The translations under genes were made by a program, and so were the position numbers. From Thiotrichaceae bacterium (lineage in GTDB: Bacteria > Pseudomonadota > Gammaproteobacteria > Eutrophobiales > Eutrophobiaceae), in NCBI GenBank assembly GCA_012960105.1, contig DUBV01000063.1:4775-68774 (forward strand): 64,000 nt of DNA, written 5' to 3'. The notes beneath the pieces were generated by a model, which saw only the letters and a program-made list of their open reading frames with translations, was not told the DNA's origin and ran no database searches. Every line of letters starts with the position of its first letter. The stretch's first letter is position 1. Of this stretch, positions 28,162-37,600 are shown one piece after another.

Positions 28162-29058
28162 ATGCAAAAACCCTATCTCTTACATATGATAACGCCTGAA
28201 AAAAACCTCAGTGCATTTGATGTCAACATGGCGTTCGATGCGGGCTGGACGGCCATGCCTTATTTGGGTGTTGAGTTAGATGAAGTCGCTACCATAGTGC
28301 AGGACACAATCTTCTCACGCGGCCCGCAAGGCTTAAAACGAACCGGCATTTTCATCGGCGGTAGAGATATGCATCTTGCCATGGATATGTTTCATGCCGC
28401 ACAAGATGCCATCGTGCAACCCTTTGAAATCTCAATCCTTACCGATCCCAGCGGCGCCTTTACAACTGCAGCGGCAATGGTCGCCACTGTGGCACATCAA
28501 TTAAAAGTTAGACATGATCAAGATCTCAAAGGACAACGAATATTAGTAATAGGCGGCACAGGTCCGGTAGGCGCATCATCCGCAGTATTAGCAGCAAAGC
28601 TTGGTGCCGAAGTGACCGTACTTGGACGTGCCATGGATAAAGCCAATACTGTAGCAGACCTATGTAATACACGTTATGGCACTGTTGTTGAAGGTGTTAA
28701 AGGTGATGCCAGCGACCATATCGATGATTTGCTATTGGAAGCTGATGTTGTATTTGCAACAGCCAAAGCCGGCATACAAGTACTTAGCGAAGAACAAATC
28801 GCATCAGCACCAAAGCTCAAAGTCGCTGCCGATTTAAACGCCGTACCACCAGCCGGTATCGCAGGGATAAATCTACTCGATAATGGCGAACAGATTAAAG
28901 CCAGTAAAAGCGGAGCGGTTGGCATTGGCCCACTAGCTATTGGCGATATTAAATATCAAACACAGCAAAAATTATTAATCCAAATGTACAGTTCCGGAGA
29001 AGCGCTTAATTTTCATTTTGAAGATGCCTTTGAAGTAGCGATGAAAAAAGTAAGATGA
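28162..29058 (+). CDS. MtdA/MtdB-family NAD(P)-dependent methylene-tetrahydromethanopterin dehydrogenase-like protein
   Basis: Colinear with recalled MtdA/MtdB: ...SAFDVNMAFDAG..., GIFIGGRDM, DPSGAFTTAAAMVA, Rossmann VIGGTGPVGASSAVLAAKLGAEV, ADLNAVPP.GI. 298 aa. Confidence 0.7.
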   Translation: MQKPYLLHMITPEKNLSAFDVNMAFDAGWTAMPYLGVELDEVATIVQDTIFSRGPQGLKRTGIFIGGRDMHLAMDMFHAAQDAIVQPFEISILTDPSGAFTTAAAMVATVAHQLKVRHDQDLKGQRILVIGGTGPVGASSAVLAAKLGAEVTVLGRAMDKANTVADLCNTRYGTVVEGVKGDASDHIDDLLLEADVVFATAKAGIQVLSEEQIASAPKLKVAADLNAVPPAGIAGINLLDNGEQIKASKSGAVGIGPLAIGDIKYQTQQKLLIQMYSSGEALNFHFEDAFEVAMKKVR

Positions 29059-29068
29059 TTTAATATTA

Positions 29069-29094
29069 AATGAAAGGGGGCAACCCCTTTCATT
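29069..29094 (+). terminator. GC-cored hairpin after the mtd-like gene
   Basis: aatgaaagggg-gcaa-cccctttcatt, an 11-bp perfect stem with no long T-run after it. Confidence 0.4.
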
Positions 29095-29157
29095 ACCACT
29101 CATGAAACTGAACTACACCCCATATTTATAACTATAAAATACTGCCTATAAAACTAA

Positions 29158-29721
29158 ATGCCTATAACACCATTACACATGGGCCCTGGAATGCTAATAA
29201 AAGCCGTATTACAAGGCTTCTTCAGCTTGATTATATTTTGTTGGGCACAATTGTTAATGGATATTCAACCTATCTTGGTTGTGCTATCAGGCAAAGGACA
29301 TTTACATGGATTTTCACACACCTACATAGGCGCAACATGCATTGCCATTTTTAGTGCCTTGACTGGCAAATGGATATATCAAGCAATCATGATATTCATC
29401 AAGAATGATTTTACTGAGTATCAAAAATTATTATTTGATGTGCCAAAATATTTAACCTTACGTGTATGTGTTATCAGTGCCTTCATTGGCACATATAGTC
29501 ATGTCCTGTTAGATAGCATAATGCACGCTGATGTTGAGCCTTTCTATCCATTCAATCTGGATAACAACATTAATTTAATTATCTCAATTGAAAGCCTACA
29601 TAAATTATGTATCTACACAGGTTTACTTGGCCTTATTATTTTCTTTGTCATTCGGGTAGTTAAACTAAATCCTAAACTAAAGAGTTCCGCCCTATTTAAA
29701 ATCCTTTTCAGGAATAAATAA
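29158..29721 (+). CDS. Membrane-embedded putative metal-dependent hydrolase (YdjM/DUF4184-like)
   Basis: MPITPLHMGPG start, GFSHTYIGA and SHVLLDSIMHAD His/Asp clusters between TM helices. Confidence 0.4.
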   Translation: MPITPLHMGPGMLIKAVLQGFFSLIIFCWAQLLMDIQPILVVLSGKGHLHGFSHTYIGATCIAIFSALTGKWIYQAIMIFIKNDFTEYQKLLFDVPKYLTLRVCVISAFIGTYSHVLLDSIMHADVEPFYPFNLDNNINLIISIESLHKLCIYTGLLGLIIFFVIRVVKLNPKLKSSALFKILFRNK

Positions 29722-29780
29722 AAGAGTATTATCAGAACATCACAAAGCTGCTTTGACAAGGAAATGATAAGGAGATAATC

Positions 29781-30758
29781 ATGGTCAACACATCAAAACT
29801 AACTATCGTCTTTGTACATGGGCTGGCTTCAAAACCGCCGCCTGAAGATTTACATCTTTTGTGGAAAAAAGCATTTATAGAAAATATCCGTATAGATTCA
29901 AAATTATTAGCAAATGAACTAGAACAAAACCCGGATATATTTCAGTCGGCCTATTGGGCGAATGCCATTCCTGATCATATTGAAGACACAGAAAAATATG
30001 TCGCCGGCTTAAAAACAGCCGTGAACAAAGTCATTAACGTACGCCGCAGAGAAAAAAATAAACTGCATATAAAAAGTGGCGGCTGGGTAGCAGCGAATGC
30101 GAAGAAATTTGGTTTATCTATCTTAGATGCACTCGGTAGCGCATTAACAATAAAAGACAACGTCATCGAAGAATACATGCGCGAAGTGCGTTTATATAAA
30201 AACGACCAATTCATTGCCGAACAAATACGCCAACCACTCGAAGATATCCTGACCACCGCATGGGATAAAAAACACAAAGTCGTTATCCTCAGTCATTCAA
30301 TGGGTACCTTCATCGCCTACGATGTGCTATGGAAATTCTCACACCGTAGCGAAGAAAAATATACCAAATACAATGACAGCAAAGTCGACTACCTCGTCAC
30401 CATGGGCAGCCCGCTCGGTGATGACAAACTCAGAGACTTCATGCTGATAGAACGCTGGAAAAAATCCAACAAATCAGAAAAAGAAGAAGAACGAAAACGC
30501 CTCTATCCATTAAACATAAAACAATGGCACAACTTCTCCGCCTACGGCGACGTCGTCTGCCACGACTCAACACTGGAAGATGATTTCTTCACCGGCATGA
30601 AAGAATCCGTTAGACCTTATCGAAAAGGCCAACTCATGGATTACACAAAGCTATACAATCCATTTATAACAGCAGAAGATAAAAAGAACCCACACAAAAG
30701 TTACGGCTACCTAATCCAACCGAAACTAAGCCAGAAGTTTAAAGAGTTTATGTCTTAG
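29781..30758 (+). CDS. Alpha/beta-hydrolase, lipase/PGAP1-like
   Basis: IVFVHGLASKP, nucleophile elbow ILSHSMGT, VTMGSPLG, late GDVVCHD and a His near the C-terminus. C-ending codons are visibly enriched. Confidence 0.55.
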   Translation: MVNTSKLTIVFVHGLASKPPPEDLHLLWKKAFIENIRIDSKLLANELEQNPDIFQSAYWANAIPDHIEDTEKYVAGLKTAVNKVINVRRREKNKLHIKSGGWVAANAKKFGLSILDALGSALTIKDNVIEEYMREVRLYKNDQFIAEQIRQPLEDILTTAWDKKHKVVILSHSMGTFIAYDVLWKFSHRSEEKYTKYNDSKVDYLVTMGSPLGDDKLRDFMLIERWKKSNKSEKEEERKRLYPLNIKQWHNFSAYGDVVCHDSTLEDDFFTGMKESVRPYRKGQLMDYTKLYNPFITAEDKKNPHKSYGYLIQPKLSQKFKEFMS

Positions 30759-30803
30759 CTGTATGTCACAATATAGAAAATGGATAAAATCTAACGCTAT
30801 ATT

Positions 30804-31421
30804 GTGAATAATATACAGCTACCTTTTGCTCATTTAAACTTGAGGTTCAATCCTTTTGGAGAACTAACAAGACAGCAACGTGCGGTTACTGCAATTGTCG
30901 AGTTGGAAGATCTCCCTGAACACTTTTCAAAAAGACGTATCGCCATTCAGTTTGTTGGAAAACAAGGTCGCGGTAAATCAACGCATCTTATTGCCTTACA
31001 TAAACAATTTAATAACTCACCGTACACACAAATATATATCGGTGATAAACCTACATTCAATAGTAACCCCTTTCAATTTATCGACAGTATCGAGTTACTT
31101 CCTGCTTCACGTAGAAAGAAACTCTATAGTTCAATAAAAATGCTCGCTATAACAACACACAACGATCTCACTAAAGAATTACAATCCGCTGGTTTCAAAG
31201 TCATAAGCAATATAATCTCTGTTGGTAATGAACAAAAAATAAAAAAGATCTTTGATAGTAGAATTGAATTAGCACGCCGGAATATAGGTTCGCTGCCTCA
31301 TATCGACATAAATACCGTGCGTACACTAATCACAAAATTTAATGATGATATTCGTGCGATGGAACATCATTTGTACGATGTCTTCCAACAATTACAGGAG
31401 ATAGGTAATGTCAAAGTGTGA
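30804..31421 (+). CDS. Minimal P-loop NTPase (AAA-like, about 205 aa)
   Basis: Walker A GKQGRGKST, candidate Walker B FQFIDSIE, LAITTH sensor-like strand, N-terminal NPFG motif. GTG start. The 3' end overlaps the next gene by 14 nt. Confidence 0.6.
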   Translation: MNNIQLPFAHLNLRFNPFGELTRQQRAVTAIVELEDLPEHFSKRRIAIQFVGKQGRGKSTHLIALHKQFNNSPYTQIYIGDKPTFNSNPFQFIDSIELLPASRRKKLYSSIKMLAITTHNDLTKELQSAGFKVISNIISVGNEQKIKKIFDSRIELARRNIGSLPHIDINTVRTLITKFNDDIRAMEHHLYDVFQQLQEIGNVKV

Positions 31422-32460
31422 CTTAAGTATAGAACTGGATAGACCAGACCAACTCTATAAAATTGGCGATACTGTTAGATGCACTGTTTATGTCTCCGTT
31501 GATAAAAATGTAACATGTGATGCACTTACTATCACTAATATGTGGAAGACGCATGGCAAAGGTAATCGGGATAAAGAAACAATTACAGAAGAAGAGCTAT
31601 TCAAAGGTGAATGGCAAGCAGGTGAATACAACTACAGCTATTCATTTGAGCTAAAAGAAGGCCCGCTAACCTACCACGGTCATTACATCAACATCGATCG
31701 ATACATAAAAGTTCGTGCCGATATTCCTTGGGCCATCGATCCTAAATCCGAAATAGAATACATCGTAGAAAAAGGCGGCCTATCACCAGAAGTCATACCC
31801 GCAGCAGACAAATACAACAACCTAACCGCAAACGTCTACAGTCAACACAAACATATCAAAAAACTACAGAACATGATCGATAATCCGATGGCGATATTTA
31901 AATACGGCGTCATTGCATCATTGGTTCTAATAGCCATAGGCAGCTTAATAAATTATTCCGTCTTTTTTACCAACAATGGTTTTGGTGATCCGATACTTGG
32001 TTTTATATTAATTGCCGTCGGTATATTCATCGGCGTCAAAATGATTATGAAAAATATCTTGTTCGGCAAAGTCGGTCGAGTTACCTTCGAAGTACAACCC
32101 ATCTCATTACGAGCAACAGATGAGACAGAGATAAGATTTGAATTCACACCCAATGTCGATCTCGATGTAAATAAAATCACATTCAGTTTAGTTGGCATTG
32201 AATCTGCCACAAGCGGTAGTGGCACAAGTAAACATACATATACCCATGAGTTCCACAAAACTGAATGTGAGCTTTCTAGAAAAGGTATTTTAATGCGAGA
32301 TTTTCCGGTGATAGAAAGAGCAACGATTGAAATACCCGAAGATGCACCACACACATTTCAGGCAATGAGCAATAGAATACAGTGGACTATTCAGGCAAGC
32401 ATGGACATAGACAAATCACCCGATTGGAACAGAGAAAAAAGCATAGAAATACTTATTTAG
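31408..32460 (+). CDS. Membrane protein with two Spo0M/arrestin-like beta-sandwich domains separated by a TM hairpin
   Basis: AGGAG at 31394-31398. N-domain ...YHGHYINIDRYIKVRADIPWAIDPKSE. Two TM helices (approximately aa 165-215). C-domain ...NRIQWTIQASMDIDKSPDWNRE. Both resemble the Spo0M ...W.....LDIP.A.DP.D pattern. Confidence 0.55.
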   Translation: MSKCDLSIELDRPDQLYKIGDTVRCTVYVSVDKNVTCDALTITNMWKTHGKGNRDKETITEEELFKGEWQAGEYNYSYSFELKEGPLTYHGHYINIDRYIKVRADIPWAIDPKSEIEYIVEKGGLSPEVIPAADKYNNLTANVYSQHKHIKKLQNMIDNPMAIFKYGVIASLVLIAIGSLINYSVFFTNNGFGDPILGFILIAVGIFIGVKMIMKNILFGKVGRVTFEVQPISLRATDETEIRFEFTPNVDLDVNKITFSLVGIESATSGSGTSKHTYTHEFHKTECELSRKGILMRDFPVIERATIEIPEDAPHTFQAMSNRIQWTIQASMDIDKSPDWNREKSIEILI

Positions 32461-32505
32461 TTTTTCAATCATCAAAGATACCATGTTGTTTAAATTACAA
32501 AGCAG

Positions 32506-32527
32506 GCAAAAGGCAAGACCTGACCCT
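32506..32527. repeat. 22-bp direct repeat, copy 1 (gcaaaaggcaagacctgaccct)
   Basis: An identical 22-mer recurs exactly 150 bp downstream. Confidence 0.9.
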
Positions 32528-32623
32528 GTATTTACTGTATTTCACATCATAAAAAATCGACGTAGTATTAAAATATCACAACACTGCTTTAGTAAAGGAA
32601 TACGAATGTCAGAAACCACCAAG

Positions 32624-32929
32624 TCAAATCATTGCATCCATGCTTTTAACCTGAAGCAAAAGGCAAGACCTGACCCTTCCACTTCCATTTGATCCTTCCA
32701 TTCCGATTAAGGTATTCGGAATTTTGAACGTAGATGCAGGAAAAAACCGCCGCTGCGCACGTTCACTATTATGAACATACACAACATCACCCTCTAACGA
32801 AGCAATGATTAAAGCCCCTTCGATACCATGCTGTTTATATAATGAAGAAATTTCCTCATCAGCCACAGCAATAATGGGCAACAACAAAGAGAAGATTAAA
32901 ACGAATAGATGATTAATATAAAAGCGCAT
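32624..32929 (-). pseudogene. Class D (OXA-type) beta-lactamase / BlaR-sensor-like gene, 5' stump only
   Basis: Signal peptide, then ...GALIIASLEGDVVYVHNSERAQRRFFPASTFKIPNTLIGME with the active-site S-T-F-K. Family similarity ends about 32693, and the remaining ORF reads through repeat copy 2. The downstream roughly 200 aa of the enzyme are absent. Confidence 0.6.
32656..32677. repeat. 22-bp direct repeat, copy 2
   Basis: Identical to 32506-32527. Abuts the breakpoint of the beta-lactamase stump. Confidence 0.9.
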
Positions 32930-33097
32930 AATTCCTGCTAGAAAGAGAATTCAAAAGAGCCTCAAGTATATCTGAACTGTCAACCTAGACCATTCATACC
33001 GATTTCTTCGTTAGTTCTTTTTGGCCACGCAAAAAGAAGTGACTTGCCATCAGGCGAAATAAATACTGATAAGAACGATAACTTAAAGACACAAGGT

Positions 33098-33128
33098 AAA
33101 ACTCCCGCATAGCGGGAGTTTTGTTTTT
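33098..33128 (-). terminator. Rho-independent-type hairpin downstream of gltD (bidirectional look)
   Basis: aaaactcccgc-ata-gcgggagtttt followed by gttttt on the plus strand. The A/U-flanked stem serves the minus strand after the gltD stop. Confidence 0.6.
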
Positions 33129-33166
33129 ACTACTAAATTCCCGCCTACGCAGGAACGACAGCTTAG

Positions 33167-34612
33167 TTATACGGGAGCAGGGAGATCACTTTCTCCCATT
33201 AAAAACTTATCTACGCCCGACGCAGCACTTCTACCTTCTGCTATCGCCCATACGATCAAACTCTGACCTCTGCGCATATCGCCGGCGACGAAGACACCAT
33301 CGACACTGGTCATCCATGTTTTTGGATCGGCTACGACATTGCCGCGACCATCTAACTCTACGCCTAGTTGTTCTAATAGACCGGGCTTTTCTGGACCGAC
33401 GAAACCCATTGATAAGAATGCTAGATCACATGGTAATTCTTTTTCGCTACCTGCTACTTCTTCGAAGCTCATACGACCATCGACGTTTTTCATTTCTACG
33501 GTAACCAACTCCAATGCTTTTACATTGCCATTGCCGTCATCAATAAAACGTTTGGTTGATACGGCATAAACTCGATCTACACCTTCTTCGTGCGCTGATG
33601 CTGTGCGATAGATACGAGGCCATTCTGGCCATGGATTATCTTCGGCTCTAGTTGTTGGTGGCTTCGGCATGATTTCCAGTTGATGTACTGATTTCGCGCC
33701 TTGTCTATTTGCGGTACCTAGGCAATCCGCACCGGTATCACCACCACCGATGATAACCACGTTTTTATCTTTGGCATCGATAAAATCATCAGCTGGTTCA
33801 TCACCTTCACAAACTCTATTTTGCATCGGCAAGTATTCCATAGCTTGATGAATACCGTTTAGTTCGCGGCCTTCTGTTGGTAGGTCGCGTGCTTCACATG
33901 CACCACCGGTTAGGATGATGGCATCAAAATCTTCTTTTAAATTTTCTATAGAAACATTTTCACCTATATTTGCATTGGTTTTGAAGATGACACCTTCTGC
34001 TTCCATTTGCTCCATACGTCGATCGATTTGTTTCTTTTCCATTTTGAATTCTGGTATGCCATAGCGCATCAATCCACCGATTCGATCTGCACGTTCAAAC
34101 AAGATGACATCATGACCGGCGCGCGCGAGTTGTTGTGCTGCGGCCATACCTGCTGGGCCTGATCCTACAATCGCAACTTTTTTACCGGTTTTATTTTCGG
34201 CGATTTGTGGTTTGATCCAACCGTTTTCCCAGGCCTTTTCTATGATTGATAATTCAACCGCTTTAATGCTGACGGGATCTTCATTAATACCGAGTACACA
34301 TGAACCTTCGCATGGCGCTGGACATAGGGTACCGGTGAATTCGGGGAAGTTATTGGTAGCATGTAAACGATCAATCGCATCGGCCCATTGATCGCGATAG
34401 ACCAAGTCGTTCCAGTCCGGGATCAAGTTACCCAGTGGGCAACCTTGATGACAAAACGGGATACCACAATCCATACAACGTGCCGCTTGTACTTTTAGTG
34501 GTGCGACTGGCCACGGCTGCATGACTTGATTGTAGTCTTTCAATCGTTCGTCTACCGGACGATACGTCGTTTTTTCACTTTCGTATTCGATGAATCCTGT
34601 TGGCTTACCCAT
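33167..34612 (-). CDS. gltD: Glutamate synthase (NADPH) small subunit
   Basis: 481 aa. Cys clusters CMDCGIPFC / [19 protein letters not shown] dinucleotide fold. 8-nt overlap with gltB. Confidence 0.92.
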   Translation of the reverse strand: MGKPTGFIEYESEKTTYRPVDERLKDYNQVMQPWPVAPLKVQAARCMDCGIPFCHQGCPLGNLIPDWNDLVYRDQWADAIDRLHATNNFPEFTGTLCPAPCEGSCVLGINEDPVSIKAVELSIIEKAWENGWIKPQIAENKTGKKVAIVGSGPAGMAAAQQLARAGHDVILFERADRIGGLMRYGIPEFKMEKKQIDRRMEQMEAEGVIFKTNANIGENVSIENLKEDFDAIILTGGACEARDLPTEGRELNGIHQAMEYLPMQNRVCEGDEPADDFIDAKDKNVVIIGGGDTGADCLGTANRQGAKSVHQLEIMPKPPTTRAEDNPWPEWPRIYRTASAHEEGVDRVYAVSTKRFIDDGNGNVKALELVTVEMKNVDGRMSFEEVAGSEKELPCDLAFLSMGFVGPEKPGLLEQLGVELDGRGNVVADPKTWMTSVDGVFVAGDMRRGQSLIVWAIAEGRSAASGVDKFLMGESDLPAPV

Positions 34613-37600
34613 TAGCGGCCTCCATTATAGCTTCTTCTTCTGTGAGGCCTTTCTCTCTGCCACGTTTAATGTCTGCCAATACCTTCTTGTATGCGATAGG
34701 CATGATCTTCACAAACTTACCTTGATAATCCTTCCAGTTTTCCAGAATTTTTTCTGCAACGGTACTTTGTGTATATTGAATATGATTCGCCAACAAAGTT
34801 TTAACTTTTTCGACATCTTCTGCTTCTACTATTTTTTCCAGTCCGACCATGCCAGTGTTACAACGGATTTCAAAGTCGCCGTCTTCATCCAGTACATAGG
34901 CTTCACCGCCTGACATGCCGGCTGCGAAGTTACGTCCGGTTTTACCGATGATGACAACAGCACCGCCAGTCATGTATTCACAACCATGATCACCAACACC
35001 TTCAACAACGGCTTTCGCGCCACTATTACGTACGCAGAAACGTTCACCAGCTAGACCACGGAAATAAGCTTCGCCTTGCGTTGCACCATAGAGCAGTACA
35101 TTACCAACTAAGGTATTTTCTTCTGCTACGAAAGTTGATTTACGTGGTGGATAAACAATGATCTTGCCACCGGATAAACCTTTACCGAGATAATCATTGG
35201 CATCGCCTTCGAGTGTCATGGTGATGCCTTTCGGTATGAATGCACCAAAACTCATGCCGGCTGATCCATTAAAATGAATGTTGATGGTGTCCTCTGGCAG
35301 ACCTTCTACACCGTAACGTTTGGTGATGTTATGACCGAGTATGGTACCGACGGTACGATCAGTATTCAGTACCGGCAGAATAATATCGACCTTCTCTTTA
35401 TTCTCTAATGCCGCTTTACTCAACGGTACAATTTTGGTCATGTCGAGTGATCTTTCCAGTCCATGATCCTGTTCTTTAACACAGTAGTATTTATCGCCAG
35501 GACGTAGTTCTGCTTTGTGTAGAATATTAGTAAAGTCGAGGCCTGCTGCTTTCCAGTGATCAACCGCTTTTTTAGTATCCAGTTTGTCAACCTGACCGAT
35601 CATTTCATCTATGGTTCTGAAACCCAGTTCGGCCATGTATTCGCGTACTTCTTCAGCGATAAACTTAAAGAAGTTTTCAACAAACTCGGGTTGGCCGGTG
35701 AATTTTCTGGTGAGTTCCGGATTTTGTGTTGCGACACCAACCGGACAGGTATTTAAATGACAAACACGCATCATGATACAACCCATCACCACTAATGGTG
35801 CGGTTGAGAAACCAAATTCTTCGGCGCCAAGTAAGGTGGCAATGACCACATCACGGCCGGTCTTTAACTGACCATCGGTTTGTAAAACAATACGATCACG
35901 TAAACCATTCATTACCAGTACTTGTTGGGTTTCGGCTACACCTAATTCCCAAGGTAAGCCGGCATGTTTTAATGAGCTGACCGGAGAAGCACCCGTACCA
36001 CCGTCATAACCTGATACCAAAATCACATCGGAGTGACACTTGGCAACACCGGCGGCTACCGTTCCAACACCAATTTCAGCAACCAGCTTGGTATGGATAC
36101 GTGCACCTGGATTCGAATTCTTTAAGTCATGTATTAATTGCGCCAGATCTTCAATCGAATAGATATCGTGATGAGGCGGTGGTGAAATCAAATCAACCCA
36201 TGGAGTAGAGCCACGTACTTTTGCAATCCACGGATAGACTTTGGCGCCGGGAAGTTGTCCACCTTCGCCCGGCTTCGCACCTTGTGCCATTTTAATTTGT
36301 ATATCATCGGCATTTGTAAGGTATTCACTGGTGACACCAAAGCGACCGGATGCAACCTGTTTGATTGCGCTACGTCTTAAGTCACCATTTTCATCACGCG
36401 TATAACGACCTGAATCTTCACCACCTTCACCAGTATTCGATTTAGCACCGAGACGGTTCATAGCGATAGCCAGGGTTTCGTGCGCGCCTCTACTGATCGA
36501 GCCATAAGACATGGCTCCGGTAGAGAAGCGTTTCATAATCGTTTCTATTGATTCGACTTCGTCTAGTGGTATTGCCTTTTTAGCAAACTTGAATTCAAAC
36601 ATGCCGCGTAAGGTTGCGAGGTTTTCACTCTGGTCATCAACCAGATTAGTATATTCTTTAAAGACTTTGTATTGGCCAGAGCGGGTTGCATGTTGCAGTT
36701 TGAAAACGGTATCAGGATTGAACAGATGATATTCACCATCACGTCGCCACTGATATTCACCACCCCATTCCAGATCCGGTTTTTTCACTTCACGACCCGG
36801 GAAGGCGTTGTGATGACGTTGGTTCATTTCTTTTGCAACTACATCCAGACCGATACCGCCAATACGTGATGCCGTCCAGGTAAAATATTTATCGACGAAG
36901 GCTTTTTCCAGACCGATGGCTTCGAAGACTTGCGCACCACAGTAAGACTGTACGGTGGAAATACCCATCTTCGCCATTATCTTGGTCAGACCTTTGTTCA
37001 CCGCCTTAATGAAATTGCCGACGGCTTTTTGATGATCCATTTGCGGCAATTGACCGTTGCCAATCAACGCACCTAAAGATTCAAACGCGAGGTAAGGATT
37101 TACTGCGCCGATACCATAACCCAGCAACACGGCGAAATGATGCACTTCTCTTGGCTCACCCGATTCGAGTACCAGACCAATTCGCGTACGTTGTCCATTA
37201 CGGATTAAATGATGATGTACACCGGCGGTTGCTAATAGTGCCGGTATTGCTGTTTTGTTTTCATCGATACCACGATCCGAAAGTATGACGTTGGTATAGC
37301 CGTCTTCAATTGCTTTATCGACTTGCGTATAAACTTCTTCCAATACCTTATCCAACCCTGCACCGCCTTCAGCAACAGCATATAAAATTGGAATTGTTTT
37401 GGTTTTAAAACCGGGAAGATTTACATCACGGATTTTTGCCAGCTCTTCATTTGTAATCACTGGCGAATTTAATTTAATACGACGACAACTTTCAGGAGCC
37501 GGTTTTAAAAGATTGCCTTCTGGCCCGATAGTGATCGCTACCTGCGTCACTAACTCTTCACGAATACCATCCAGCGGTGGATTGGTGACTTGTGCGAACA

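Noticed and set aside
32506-32677. Two identical 22-bp repeats with regular spacing, considered as a mini CRISPR array
   Set aside because: There are only two copies. The 128-bp spacer is far too long, the repeat is not palindromic, and there are no cas genes. It is treated as a recombination or repeat-element scar instead.
32483-32692. 69-aa plus-strand ORF containing QKARPDP twice
   Set aside because: The duplicated peptide simply reflects the 22-bp direct repeats. There is no SD and the composition is odd, so it is probably not coding.
32990-33097. Minus-strand frame ...FISPDGKSLLFAWPKRTNEE... reminiscent of a TolB/peptidase-S9 beta-propeller blade
   Set aside because: Only about 10 residues are suggestive. 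It is flanked by the gltD terminator hairpin and a stop codon, so it is insufficient for a pseudogene call.
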